64,000 nt of DNA, from positions 1,203-65,202 of the forward strand of contig CAIVQB010000015.1 of assembly GCA_903907925.1 (NCBI GenBank), given 5' to 3'. The DNA comes from an uncultured Verrucomicrobiota bacterium (GTDB lineage Bacteria > Verrucomicrobiota > Verrucomicrobiia > Limisphaerales > UBA9464). The notes under the pieces are model-generated. The model was not told the origin of the DNA. It did not search any database and saw nothing but the letters and a program-made list of their open reading frames with translations. Shown piece after piece: positions 1 through 8,608 of the stretch. A program made the translations under genes and the position numbers. Each line of letters starts with the position of its first letter. Within the stretch, counting starts at the first letter, position 1.

Positions 1-278
1 GAAACCGTTCACGATGCGACGCTAGCATTGGTTTCGGCCGGGACAAGAAGTTCGACGGGCGACGAAATGGAACGCTATTTGCCCATGGGGTGTGCCTTCG
101 AATCTTGTGTTTTTGTTCAATGAAATCCATCGGCGAGGCTGTAACCGTGTTTCGATTCCCTGCGTCCATGGAGGCGTGGCGGATCGAGGAGATCCGCCGG
201 ATCACTGAACAAAACACAACCACTCTGCGTCCTCATGAGGATGCTGAAGCAGCCCTGCTGCACCACACACGCACTGCC

Positions 279-656
279 ATGAAAAACATCATTCGTTACT
301 GCCTTGTCTCCGGTCTTCTGGCCGGGAGCGCCCTGATCACCCGAGCGGAAGAACCGGCGACTGCGCCTGCTCCCGCAGCGCCCGCCGTCGCGCCCGCGGC
401 GAAGAAGGCCCACACGGCGGCGACTGCCGAGCATAAGAAACTCACGCCCGAGGAGCGCAAGGCGCATGCCGACGCCCGGCTCAAGGAACTGCACGCCAAG
501 AAGGCTTCCGGCAAGTTGACTGAGAAGGAAACCCAGCAACTGGCCCGCCTCGAAAAGCGATCGAGTGAAACCGCGGGCAAGGCCACGAGCCGAAGCCACA
601 AAGCGGCGGCGGCCAAGACCGACACCCAAACGGATTCCAAGTCCGACACCAAGTAA
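279..656 (+). CDS. small secreted Ala/Lys/Glu-rich protein (hypothetical)
   Basis: ATG at 279 gives a signal-peptide-like N-terminus (MKNIIRYCLVSGLLAGSALITRA) followed by a low-complexity, helix-prone A/P/K/E-rich sequence. The longer ORF starting at 90 lacks such an N-terminus. Confidence 0.5.
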   Translation: MKNIIRYCLVSGLLAGSALITRAEEPATAPAPAAPAVAPAAKKAHTAATAEHKKLTPEERKAHADARLKELHAKKASGKLTEKETQQLARLEKRSSETAGKATSRSHKAAAAKTDTQTDSKSDTK

Positions 657-732
657 TTGGAATCGTGCTTCAAGCCGAGGGCCGTCCGCTCCCAAGCGGC
701 GGCCCTTTTGGATTCCTGGGAGCCCCTCTGAA

Positions 733-1443
733 ATGCAGGATTTCACCGATGTTTCAGAAGCGTTCGATTCCCGGAGTTTGCCCGCGCGGGTGGACGCCAG
801 GTTCTCTGCGATTCCGGCGCACACTTTCCGTCTGCCGCCGACTGTGGGACAGTCGAACACAGTGAATCCTGAGCCTAGTGATGCCGAAATTGTCGCCGCA
901 GTCTGCGGCGGTGATACCGAGCGATTCGCCGAGCTCGTTCAGCGGTACCAATCGCGGCTGTTCGCCACCGCGCGACGCTACGCCCGTCGGGAGGACGAGA
1001 TTCAGGACATCGTCCAGGAGGTGTTTCTCAAGGCGTTTTCCAAGCTCTCTTCCTGGCGTGGAGAAGCACCTTTCGAGCACTGGTTGATGCGTCTTGCCGT
1101 CCGCACCTGCTACGATGCGTTGCGGCACCACCAGAAAAACCGGGAACACTCGGTCACCGATCTGAGCGAGGACGAGTCGGGATGGCTGGAGCAGTTTGCC
1201 ACGGCACCGGACTCCACCCACCCGGATGCCGATGCGGCCAGAGCGCTTGTGCAGAAGGTGTTGGACAAATTGTCACCCGCGGCCCGGCTGATCATCACCT
1301 TGTTGGAAATCGAGGATCGCAGTGTCAAAGAGATCGCTGAAATCACCGGTTGGTCCATTCCACTGGTCAAGGTGCGGGCATTTCGCGCACGGGCCGAGAT
1401 GAAGAAAATCCTCCAAAGAATTTCCTGGGAGAAGTATCTGTAA
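733..1443 (+). CDS. ECF-type RNA polymerase sigma-70 family factor
   Basis: Sigma region 2 (EDEIQDIVQEVFLKAF, FEHWLMRLAVRTCYDALR) and a region 4 HTH (RSVKEIAEITGWSIPLVKVRAFRARAEMKKIL) are present. The start is uncertain: ATG 733 or in-frame GTG 862. Confidence 0.85.
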   Translation: MQDFTDVSEAFDSRSLPARVDARFSAIPAHTFRLPPTVGQSNTVNPEPSDAEIVAAVCGGDTERFAELVQRYQSRLFATARRYARREDEIQDIVQEVFLKAFSKLSSWRGEAPFEHWLMRLAVRTCYDALRHHQKNREHSVTDLSEDESGWLEQFATAPDSTHPDADAARALVQKVLDKLSPAARLIITLLEIEDRSVKEIAEITGWSIPLVKVRAFRARAEMKKILQRISWEKYL

Positions 1444-1478
1444 CCCCGTCCCGGACGGCTCCGTCAGGTTTTTCAGGC

Positions 1479-1799
1479 ATGAACCTCAACCAACTTCAAT
1501 CCACGCTGATGGCCTCGGCGCGTCGGAACCCGCCGTCCGACTCCGTGCCGTTTGGCTTTGAGACGCGGGTCATGGCGCGGGTTCGGGAAGCCTCAGCCGC
1601 GGTGGATCTTCTTGCCGATTGGACCCGCGGGTTTTGGCGGGCGGCGGTGTCGAGTGTTGGCGTTTTTGCGGTGGCACTCGCGGTCCATGTTTCGCAGCCG
1701 GCATCCTCCCCCGATTGGGCTGACTCCATGGAAACGTTTTCCGCGGATCTCGATGCGGCCTCTGTCGCCCAGGGGGATTCATCAATGGATCTGTGGTGA
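1479..1799 (+). CDS. putative anti-sigma factor / single-pass membrane protein
   Basis: ATG at 1479 lies 36 nt after the sigma gene stop. The 106-aa product has one hydrophobic helix (AAVSSVGVFAVALAVHV). Position immediately downstream of an ECF sigma gene supports the call. Confidence 0.5.
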   Translation: MNLNQLQSTLMASARRNPPSDSVPFGFETRVMARVREASAAVDLLADWTRGFWRAAVSSVGVFAVALAVHVSQPASSPDWADSMETFSADLDAASVAQGDSSMDLW

Positions 1800-2266
1800 G
1801 AAACTGGAAGCTCATCGTCACAACGGTCGTGATCTTCGCCGCGGGTGTGGCGACCGGGACGGTTGTGAAGGCCCGCGAGATGAGTCAGGCACGCCGGGTG
1901 GAGATGGACCGCCGGGGTTCGGTGCCGCTGGTGATGTGGCAGCGTTTCGAGATGATTCGTCGCGTCATTGGAAGGTTGGAATTGCCGCCGGAGCAAAAGA
2001 CCCGCATCGAAGGTTTGATCAAGGAGAGTCACGATCGTTTTCAAAAGCTGTGGGAACCGCTGGCACCCGCTGCCCGGTCCGAGTTGGAACAACTGCGCGC
2101 CAAGGTGAACGCTGAACTGAGTCCCGAACTGCGGATTCGTTTTGAAGATCTGCTCCGCCAACGCATGCCGCACCGGCCACGGACCGGCACCAATGCTCCA
2201 TCGTCGGCGCCTGCGGCCGATTCCAAAGTCGGACCCACCTTTCTCGGCACGCCTTCGGGGAACTGA
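1793..2266 (+). CDS. periplasmic Spy/CpxP-like (heavy-metal-sensor-like) helical protein
   Basis: The GTG start overlaps the upstream stop (GTGGTGA). An N-terminal anchor helix (LIVTTVVIFAAGVATGTVV) is followed by an E/R/L/Q-rich helical domain. The position is typical as third gene of ECF stress modules. Confidence 0.55.
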   Translation: MVRNWKLIVTTVVIFAAGVATGTVVKAREMSQARRVEMDRRGSVPLVMWQRFEMIRRVIGRLELPPEQKTRIEGLIKESHDRFQKLWEPLAPAARSELEQLRAKVNAELSPELRIRFEDLLRQRMPHRPRTGTNAPSSAPAADSKVGPTFLGTPSGN

Positions 2267-2388
2267 GAGCCGACTCTGAGTCCCGCCTTCAGGCGGCTAC
2301 GCGGGTGTTTTGGTGAAGCGGGTAAATCCTTCCGCCGGCGTACCCCAACCGGCTGAAGCCGGGACTCCGGCCGGATTTCGAACGTCGA

Positions 2389-3960
2389 TCAGGGGCCTGA
2401 ACCACGTTTCCGGAGCGCCTCCGGAAAACCTGCCCGGGCCAGAAGTTCATCAATCTCGTCCTCCGTCGATTCCAAGCGGCGCGCCGCCTGGAATAGAGGA
2501 CCGGTTTCCACCGGATGCCATCGAGTCCGGCCGGCGTTGAACCACCCGCCCACGTCCACCGGTTCCACCGCCTCTTGGATCCGTTTCAAGAACGCAGCGG
2601 TGACGGCGACCTCGGGGAATTGGGTCGCCTCGTGCAACAGGCTCGCACTCGCCGGACCGAACTCCGGATGACCGCGTAACAAAAAACCGGGGGCGAGATG
2701 CGGCCTTCCGAGACGCCGCGCGGTTTCGGAAAAACTGGCGGCAGCAAAATACAACATGAGCAGGTGCGAGAACTCTTCGGGACGGCCGTAGTGCGACTGA
2801 AGCGCTCCGATCATCCGACCGGCCGCCAGAAGATCGCGATCGGTTTCCAATGCGAAAACGGCCAATTCCTCGCGACCTGGGAATCCCGGCTTCGCCAGCA
2901 ACGTCGCCAGCCGTTCGATGCCCAGCAGGGTCAGCGTGAATCCGGTCGAGAGTAGCGGGTCCACAAATCCCGCTGCGGAAGGCAGCAGAGCCCATCGATC
3001 GCCCGGGATAATCTGGCTGTGAAACGGCATCCGGGGCAGGTGGGTGAATTCACGGATCGCGCGCGCCTCCTTGAATTGCCGGGCGACGGCGGGCAGGCGT
3101 TGGAGGATGCGATCCCACGCGGGCTTACCGTCCGACAGTCGAAGTTCAGTGGCCAGATCCGGGAGCACCGAAACGCCCGCACTCGTGATGCCATTGTTGA
3201 AACGAAGAACCCACATCCAGCCTCCAGGAAACACGTGATGCAGGGCGGCGTCGTCCGGAGCGAAGGGGATTCCCGGTTCGGAAGGTGTGAGTTCGTCCCA
3301 ACGACGGACTCCGGTGAAATGGCTGAACAACGCCTGGGACGGCGCAACACCTGGAATCTCCGCCTCCTGAAATCCGAATTGTTTGTGGAGGAATCCGCGC
3401 GGACCGCTGGCATCGATCACAAACCTCGCTTCGAAGGACAAGGGTTCGCCCTGCCGGGTTCCCGACAACCGGACGGTGGGTGGGGAGAAATCCACGGATC
3501 CGAGTTCGACGTTGTCGTGATATTCCACGCCGGTCGCCACGGCTTCGCGCTGGAAGAAGTGATCGACGTCCGGCCGATACCAATGAGTGTCGGCGATGGC
3601 ATCGGTTGGACTGGCGGCCACCAGCAATTCACGGAGCGGGCGCGGCTCCGCGCCGCCTTCTTCGTCGAACTGATGGTGGAGAAAGGTGAATCCCCGCTTC
3701 AGTCCGGCCGCCAGCTCCCGATGTTCCCGTTGCCAGCTTCCCCATTTGCAGAGCGCTGGCAGCCGCGGGAGTTGGTGACGGACGGACAACGATTCCAGCA
3801 GCAGATTGGAAAGCGGCGTGGTCGATTCACCAATGGCGAATCGCGGATGATGTCCACGCTCAATCAACACCACCGATCGTCCCAGCCGGCGGGCGATCAT
3901 CGCGATGAGGGAGCCGCCAAACGCGGATCCAATCACGGCGATGTCGTGGCAATCGGTCAT
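2389..3960 (-). CDS. FAD-dependent oxidoreductase, flavin-dependent (tryptophan) halogenase-like
   Basis: N-terminal dinucleotide-binding motif (IAVIGSAFGGSLIA..LIERG) and a GGWMWVLRF segment resembling the halogenase WxWxIP motif. 523-aa uninterrupted ORF. Confidence 0.8.
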   Translation of the reverse strand: MTDCHDIAVIGSAFGGSLIAMIARRLGRSVVLIERGHHPRFAIGESTTPLSNLLLESLSVRHQLPRLPALCKWGSWQREHRELAAGLKRGFTFLHHQFDEEGGAEPRPLRELLVAASPTDAIADTHWYRPDVDHFFQREAVATGVEYHDNVELGSVDFSPPTVRLSGTRQGEPLSFEARFVIDASGPRGFLHKQFGFQEAEIPGVAPSQALFSHFTGVRRWDELTPSEPGIPFAPDDAALHHVFPGGWMWVLRFNNGITSAGVSVLPDLATELRLSDGKPAWDRILQRLPAVARQFKEARAIREFTHLPRMPFHSQIIPGDRWALLPSAAGFVDPLLSTGFTLTLLGIERLATLLAKPGFPGREELAVFALETDRDLLAAGRMIGALQSHYGRPEEFSHLLMLYFAAASFSETARRLGRPHLAPGFLLRGHPEFGPASASLLHEATQFPEVAVTAAFLKRIQEAVEPVDVGGWFNAGRTRWHPVETGPLFQAARRLESTEDEIDELLARAGFPEALRKRGSGP

Positions 3961-4114
3961 GCCGTGACGATAGTCGGAACGCAGACCGAGGCGAGCCCAA
4001 CGCCGTCAACCGGCCGTGGTGAGCGGTGGATGTCGATCCGTCGACCGTTGGTTCTGGGATTTCATTCCCGGTTGGAGGTTGCGTTGGGCCGGGTTGCGGG
4101 ATGACGGTGACGAC

Positions 4115-4774
4115 GTGATTCGGACCGGAGTCGATCGTTTCGTCTATGAACGTGAGCTGCTGCATCGCGGCATGGCCCGCATCGCAGGCGTGGATGAAGC
4201 CGGCCGCGGCCCGCTGGCCGGGCCGGTTGTCGCGGCGGCGGTCGTTTTTTCCGTCGAATGGATTCGCAACGGGATTCCGGTGGAATTCCAGGAGTTGAAC
4301 GATTCCAAACAACTCACCGAATCGCAGCGTGAAGCGTACTTTGAACGGTTGCGGGTGCATCCCGACGTCCGGTTCTGCGTGGCTGAAGCCCCTCCCGCTG
4401 AAATCGATTCCCTCAATATTCTGCGGGCGACCCATCGGGCCATGAATCTCGCGCTGGCCGGATTGGACGTCATACCCGACCACGTCCTGGTCGACGGCCT
4501 GCCGGTGAAATCGATGCGTTTGCCCCACACCGCCCTCGTGAAGGGAGACGCGTTGAGTTACTCGATCGCCGCCGCCAGCGTGATGGCGAAGGTGACGCGT
4601 GATCGCGGGATGATCGCGGCGGACCTGCGCTGGCCCGAATATGGATTTGCCCGCCACAAGGGCTATCCCACACCGGAACATCTCGCCGCCGTTGCCCGGT
4701 TGGGGCCGTGCCCGATTCATCGCCGGAGTTTTGCGCCACTTCGCCGACCCGAACCGGAGTTGTTTTTATCATGA
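4115..4774 (+). CDS. rnhB: ribonuclease HII
   Basis: IAGVDEAGRGPLAGPVVAAAV catalytic motif and DSKQLTESQRE are present. The start is taken at in-frame GTG 4115; the ORF is open from 4016. Confidence 0.9.
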   Translation: MIRTGVDRFVYERELLHRGMARIAGVDEAGRGPLAGPVVAAAVVFSVEWIRNGIPVEFQELNDSKQLTESQREAYFERLRVHPDVRFCVAEAPPAEIDSLNILRATHRAMNLALAGLDVIPDHVLVDGLPVKSMRLPHTALVKGDALSYSIAAASVMAKVTRDRGMIAADLRWPEYGFARHKGYPTPEHLAAVARLGPCPIHRRSFAPLRRPEPELFLS

Positions 4775-5196
4775 AGTTATGGCGTTGGATCACCCGGGCC
4801 GTTCGACCCTGGGCAGGGCGTCAGAAAAAGGAACCCGAACACCTGCGGCGGGGTCGCCTGGGCGAGGCAGCGACGGCCCGCGAATTGCGCTCGCGCGGAT
4901 TTCGCTATCTCACTTCCAACTACCGCTGCGCCCACGGCGAGATCGACCTGATCTTTCGCGACGCCGATTGCCTGGTGTTCGTGGAGGTGAAAACCCGTTC
5001 GTCCGAGGAATGGGGGCGACCGGCGGCGGCGGTGGATGCGGCGAAACAGCATCGCCTCTCCCTGACCGCGGCCGACTATCTGAGGCGCCTGGAGGATCCG
5101 CGGGTGAAATGGCGGTTTGACGTGGCGGAAGTCCTTCTCGCGGGCGGTGAAGTTCGCGAGCTGCGAATCATCACCAACGCCTTCGAAGGACGATGA
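4771..5196 (+). CDS. yraN: YraN family (UPF0102) endonuclease-like protein
   Basis: The ATG overlaps the rnhB stop (ATGA). GEIDLIFRDADCLVFVEVKTR is the PD-(D/E)xK-like core typical of YraN. The rnhB-yraN pairing is conserved. Confidence 0.85.
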   Translation: MKLWRWITRAVRPWAGRQKKEPEHLRRGRLGEAATARELRSRGFRYLTSNYRCAHGEIDLIFRDADCLVFVEVKTRSSEEWGRPAAAVDAAKQHRLSLTAADYLRRLEDPRVKWRFDVAEVLLAGGEVRELRIITNAFEGR

Positions 5197-5203
5197 GGTG
5201 CTC

Positions 5204-7360
5204 CTAGAATTGAACGCCGGCCGATCCGAAGACGCCGAAGCGCGCGCCGTATTGAGGGGCATTGACGCCGATGCCGCTGCCATCGCGCAGGACGTAGCTG
5301 TTGTCGGTCAGGTTGACGAGCTCCAGCCGCAGCTTGAGAAGTCGGTGTGATTGGAGATCGAAGCGCTGCTCCACCCCGAGGTTCACCGTGAAATAGGCCG
5401 GAACACTGCCGCCGTTGGGCAGTGTGAAGCCGCCGGCGAGTTCGAGATCCCGGCGGAGACCACTTCCGTAGAGCGCATCGGCAAAGATCCGGGTGCGGTT
5501 CCATCCGTAGGCCGCGCCGAAGGAGCCGGTGACCCGTTGATCGTGGTCGAGCCCAACCCAATGATCGCGAAGCGCATTGAGATCACTTTGGCTGAAGAGG
5601 AATTCCCCGGAGTCAACGGTGCGCCCCTCCGCCTTGGACCACGCCACATTGGCGTAGCTGGAGAATCCACCCCGATTGAAGCTGGCCGTCCATTCCACGC
5701 CGTAGATCCGGCCCTGTTGATAGTTGAACGGCGACGGAATCAGCGTCTGTCCGAAGAACCCGTCGTCGAGTTGGTGCCGGGCGGTCTTGTAGTACGCGTC
5801 CACACCGGCCGAAAGCTCGCGGGTGATCTGCCGAGTGATTCCGATATCGAAATAGTGCATGCGTTCCGAACGCACCGGCGATGATTGGGTGACTTCAGAG
5901 GCATTGGAGGTGCCGGCAAACGCGCCCAATGTCCCGGCCTGCACCAATTCGAGCGGCGGCGGGGTGAAGGTTCGCGCATAGCCCGCGTGGAGGGTTGTTT
6001 CGGGATTGGCCTGCCAGACCAGATTGGCGCGGGGACTGAGTTGGGTCTCGTCGGAGTACGCGGCGACGGCGTCGAACCGCCCGCCGAAGTTGAGCGTGAC
6101 CGTCCGGCTGATGCGCCACTCGTCCTGAAGATAGACACCGCCCAACAGCCCGGTCTTGCGGTGGGAATCCTGGATGTCGAACGGGCTGCCGAACGCCGCA
6201 CCGACGGAATCGATCGCGAAGACCGAAGTGGTCGTATCGACCGCCGCCTGTTCGCCGATCACCGTCGCTCCCGCGCGCAGGATGTGTTGATCGGTCAGTT
6301 CGAACCGAGCATTGGCCTCCAATCCGGTCGAGGCGATCCGACGATCCACCCGGCTCGCAACCCCGTCGAAAAACAGGTCACCGGTTCGATCGGGTTTGAA
6401 GAGGACCCCGCTGCCGCGAACAAAGCCGGCGACCTGAAAGTCCAGCTTCTCGGCCGTCTTCTGATACGCGAGCACGGCGTAGGCGTTGCGCTCGGATTGA
6501 GTTTCATCGAGCCGCGCCGAGTCGATGATCACGCCGCCGAGCGGGAACGGGTTTCCGGCGGAATCCGTCCCCGCCGGCTGCCCGGGGCGATTGGGAATCT
6601 GAAAGTCGCTTTGGGAAACGGCGAAAAAGAGGCTGAGGCGGCTGGTGTCGTCGAGCACCCGCGAGAGGTAGCCGAAGCCGCGGTACTGGTCCGAACGATC
6701 GTGGAGTGCGGTTGTGTCGGCGGTGGGATTCTCCAATCCAAGACCGGTGTGGGTATAGCTGCCGGTGAAATAGTAGTTCACCGAACCAGACGAGCCGCCG
6801 AGCTCAAAGCTGGGCTTCAACGTCTCGTGTGATCCGCCGTAGATTCCGACTTCACCGCCGTGAAGGAAGGCCCCGCTCCGGGTGTGGATGTCGACCACCC
6901 CCGCCGTTCGGAATCCGTATTGGGCGGGAAGCGTTCCGGTGATGATCTGCAGTTGATCGACAAAGCGAGTGTCCAATTCCTGGCCGAATCCGCTGATGCC
7001 CTCGGGCAGGAGCACGTCGTTGATCCGGTATTGGAGATTCGCGTGTTCGCCGCGGAGATGGACCTGACCGTAGGAATCCTGGGCCATCCCGGGCGTTCGC
7101 AGGAGCACCTGGTTGAAGGCGCTGTTGGCACCCTGCACCTGGTCGCCGATCCGTTCGGCACTGACGAGATAGGCGCTGGCACCGAGGCTGGGGACGATCT
7201 GCTCGCGGGCATCGTCGAGGTGGCCCACGACGGTGGCTTTATCCATGACCACCGTGCCGTTGGTGGATTGCGCGAGCGCGGCGGAGAAGGGAAGTGCGAG
7301 TGCGGCGGCGGTCAAGACTGGCGGAAACAGATTTGGAAAAGAACGGGTTTCAGAGTTCAT
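5204..7360 (-). CDS. TonB-dependent outer-membrane receptor
   Basis: ATG at 7360 gives a signal peptide (..AALALPFSAALAQS). A plug domain (GMAQDSYGQVHLRGEHANLQYRINDVLL, IITGTLPAQYGFRTAGVVDI) is followed by a long beta-barrel ending in a terminal aromatic residue (..SAGVQF). Confidence 0.9.
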   Translation of the reverse strand: MNSETRSFPNLFPPVLTAAALALPFSAALAQSTNGTVVMDKATVVGHLDDAREQIVPSLGASAYLVSAERIGDQVQGANSAFNQVLLRTPGMAQDSYGQVHLRGEHANLQYRINDVLLPEGISGFGQELDTRFVDQLQIITGTLPAQYGFRTAGVVDIHTRSGAFLHGGEVGIYGGSHETLKPSFELGGSSGSVNYYFTGSYTHTGLGLENPTADTTALHDRSDQYRGFGYLSRVLDDTSRLSLFFAVSQSDFQIPNRPGQPAGTDSAGNPFPLGGVIIDSARLDETQSERNAYAVLAYQKTAEKLDFQVAGFVRGSGVLFKPDRTGDLFFDGVASRVDRRIASTGLEANARFELTDQHILRAGATVIGEQAAVDTTTSVFAIDSVGAAFGSPFDIQDSHRKTGLLGGVYLQDEWRISRTVTLNFGGRFDAVAAYSDETQLSPRANLVWQANPETTLHAGYARTFTPPPLELVQAGTLGAFAGTSNASEVTQSSPVRSERMHYFDIGITRQITRELSAGVDAYYKTARHQLDDGFFGQTLIPSPFNYQQGRIYGVEWTASFNRGGFSSYANVAWSKAEGRTVDSGEFLFSQSDLNALRDHWVGLDHDQRVTGSFGAAYGWNRTRIFADALYGSGLRRDLELAGGFTLPNGGSVPAYFTVNLGVEQRFDLQSHRLLKLRLELVNLTDNSYVLRDGSGIGVNAPQYGARFGVFGSAGVQF

Positions 7361-7545
7361 CGGGACAAGCGAAAGGGGTTGCGGACGGACTTCGGGACGG
7401 GCGATTCCGCAAACGCGGAACAGCGGTTTCGAGGGCGGGACGCCGACGGGGTTGCCGTGGCGATGAACGGGTCGGGATCCCGATGCGGTCGTGGATGCCG
7501 GACTCCGGAAGTGCGGGAAGGAGGCGAACCGAACGGTCCGCGGCC

Positions 7546-7923
7546 TCAGGACGGGCGGGGCGGTCCGCGGGTCAGAAAGGCGCGGGCGACCTGGCGAAAC
7601 GGAATGGATTGAACCGTGCGATGGACCGTGAGCAGCGCGGTTCCCAAGCAAACCATCACCCATGCCGGCGGCGCTTGGAACGGAGTGATACCGCCGGCGG
7701 CGAACAAATCGATGGCGCAACTGCCTTCCGCTGCGGGGGCATCTCCGACCACCTGGTGGAGCCGGTCGTGCCAGGATTCATTGAGGGCCACCGTTCCGCA
7801 GAACACCACCCACACGCAGAGCAACCCTGCCAGTACGGCGCGCCAGCCGGAAAACCGGGCTCGACTGGAAGGGTGGAGTTGCAAATCAATTGCAAAATAA
7901 ATCCCCCCGGTTGCAGTTGGCAA
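7546..7923 (-). CDS. hypothetical small membrane protein (weak call)
   Basis: The ORF has only a TTG start, lies upstream of the TonB-dependent receptor, and has two hydrophobic segments (WRAVLAGLLCVWVVFCGTVAL, AWVMVCLGTALLTV). No recognisable motif. Confidence 0.25.
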   Translation of the reverse strand: MPTATGGIYFAIDLQLHPSSRARFSGWRAVLAGLLCVWVVFCGTVALNESWHDRLHQVVGDAPAAEGSCAIDLFAAGGITPFQAPPAWVMVCLGTALLTVHRTVQSIPFRQVARAFLTRGPPRPS

Positions 7924-8029
7924 GGTTCGTTTGATCGGGTGCGGTCAGTGCGATGGCTTCAGATCCCGGACGTGACCGCCGAAAGATTCTAATAAGTTCG
8001 TCCCCGCCCCGTTATCACAGAAGCACGGT

Positions 8030-8590
8030 ATGGAGCCCATCGACACACTGAACCCGCCGGTTGACGCCTCGGACTGGATCCGATCGGCGTTGCGCCGCTA
8101 CGAAGGGCCGCTGGTCCGGTACGCCTTTGGCATCACCGGAGACCTGGAGACGGCGCGAGACATCGTTCAGGACACCTTTCTGCGTCTCTGCAGTCAGGAT
8201 CCTGCGGCGCTCGACGGCCGCCTGGCACCCTGGCTGTTCACGGTGTGTCGTCGTCGGGCGCTCGACGTGCTGCGGAGATCCAATCGCATGACCTCGTTGA
8301 GTGAAACCGAACTTGAAAACAGCATCGACTCCGGGCCGCCGCCCGATGTCGCCACCGACACCCGGGACCAGACCACCGTCGCCATGCAACTGCTCTCGCT
8401 CCTCCCGGCCAACCAGCGCGAGGTTGTCCGGCTCAAATTCCAGAGCCAGTTGAGCTACGAGGAAATCGCCGCCGTCACCTCGCTCAGCGTCGGCAACGTC
8501 GGATTCCTCCTTCACACCGCCCTCAAGACGCTCCGGACGCGGATGGCGCATCTGGAGACCTGTCCGCCCGTCGCGTCGCACCGCCCGTAA
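8030..8590 (+). CDS. ECF-type RNA polymerase sigma factor
   Basis: Region 2 (ARDIVQDTFLRL, APWLFTVCRRRALDVLRR) and region 4 (LPANQREVVRLKFQSQLSYEEIAAVTSLSVGNVGFLLHTALKTLR) are present. Confidence 0.9.
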   Translation: MEPIDTLNPPVDASDWIRSALRRYEGPLVRYAFGITGDLETARDIVQDTFLRLCSQDPAALDGRLAPWLFTVCRRRALDVLRRSNRMTSLSETELENSIDSGPPPDVATDTRDQTTVAMQLLSLLPANQREVVRLKFQSQLSYEEIAAVTSLSVGNVGFLLHTALKTLRTRMAHLETCPPVASHRP

Positions 8591-8608
8591 CCTCCACGCC
8601 TTACTTCC

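Noticed and set aside
105-219. Considered the TTGTG...inverted repeats as Rex operators, because a rex gene is present in the window.
   Set aside because: Each half (ttgtgtttttgttca) lacks the palindromic TTGTGAA-N4-TTCACAA structure of Rex boxes. The two halves are 86 nt apart. I report them only as an unexplained structured region.
90-656. Full-length 188-aa version of the first ORF.
   Set aside because: The first 63 codons have no signal or domain features and coincide with the inverted-repeat region. The internal ATG at 279 gives a proper signal peptide, so the shorter CDS is preferred.
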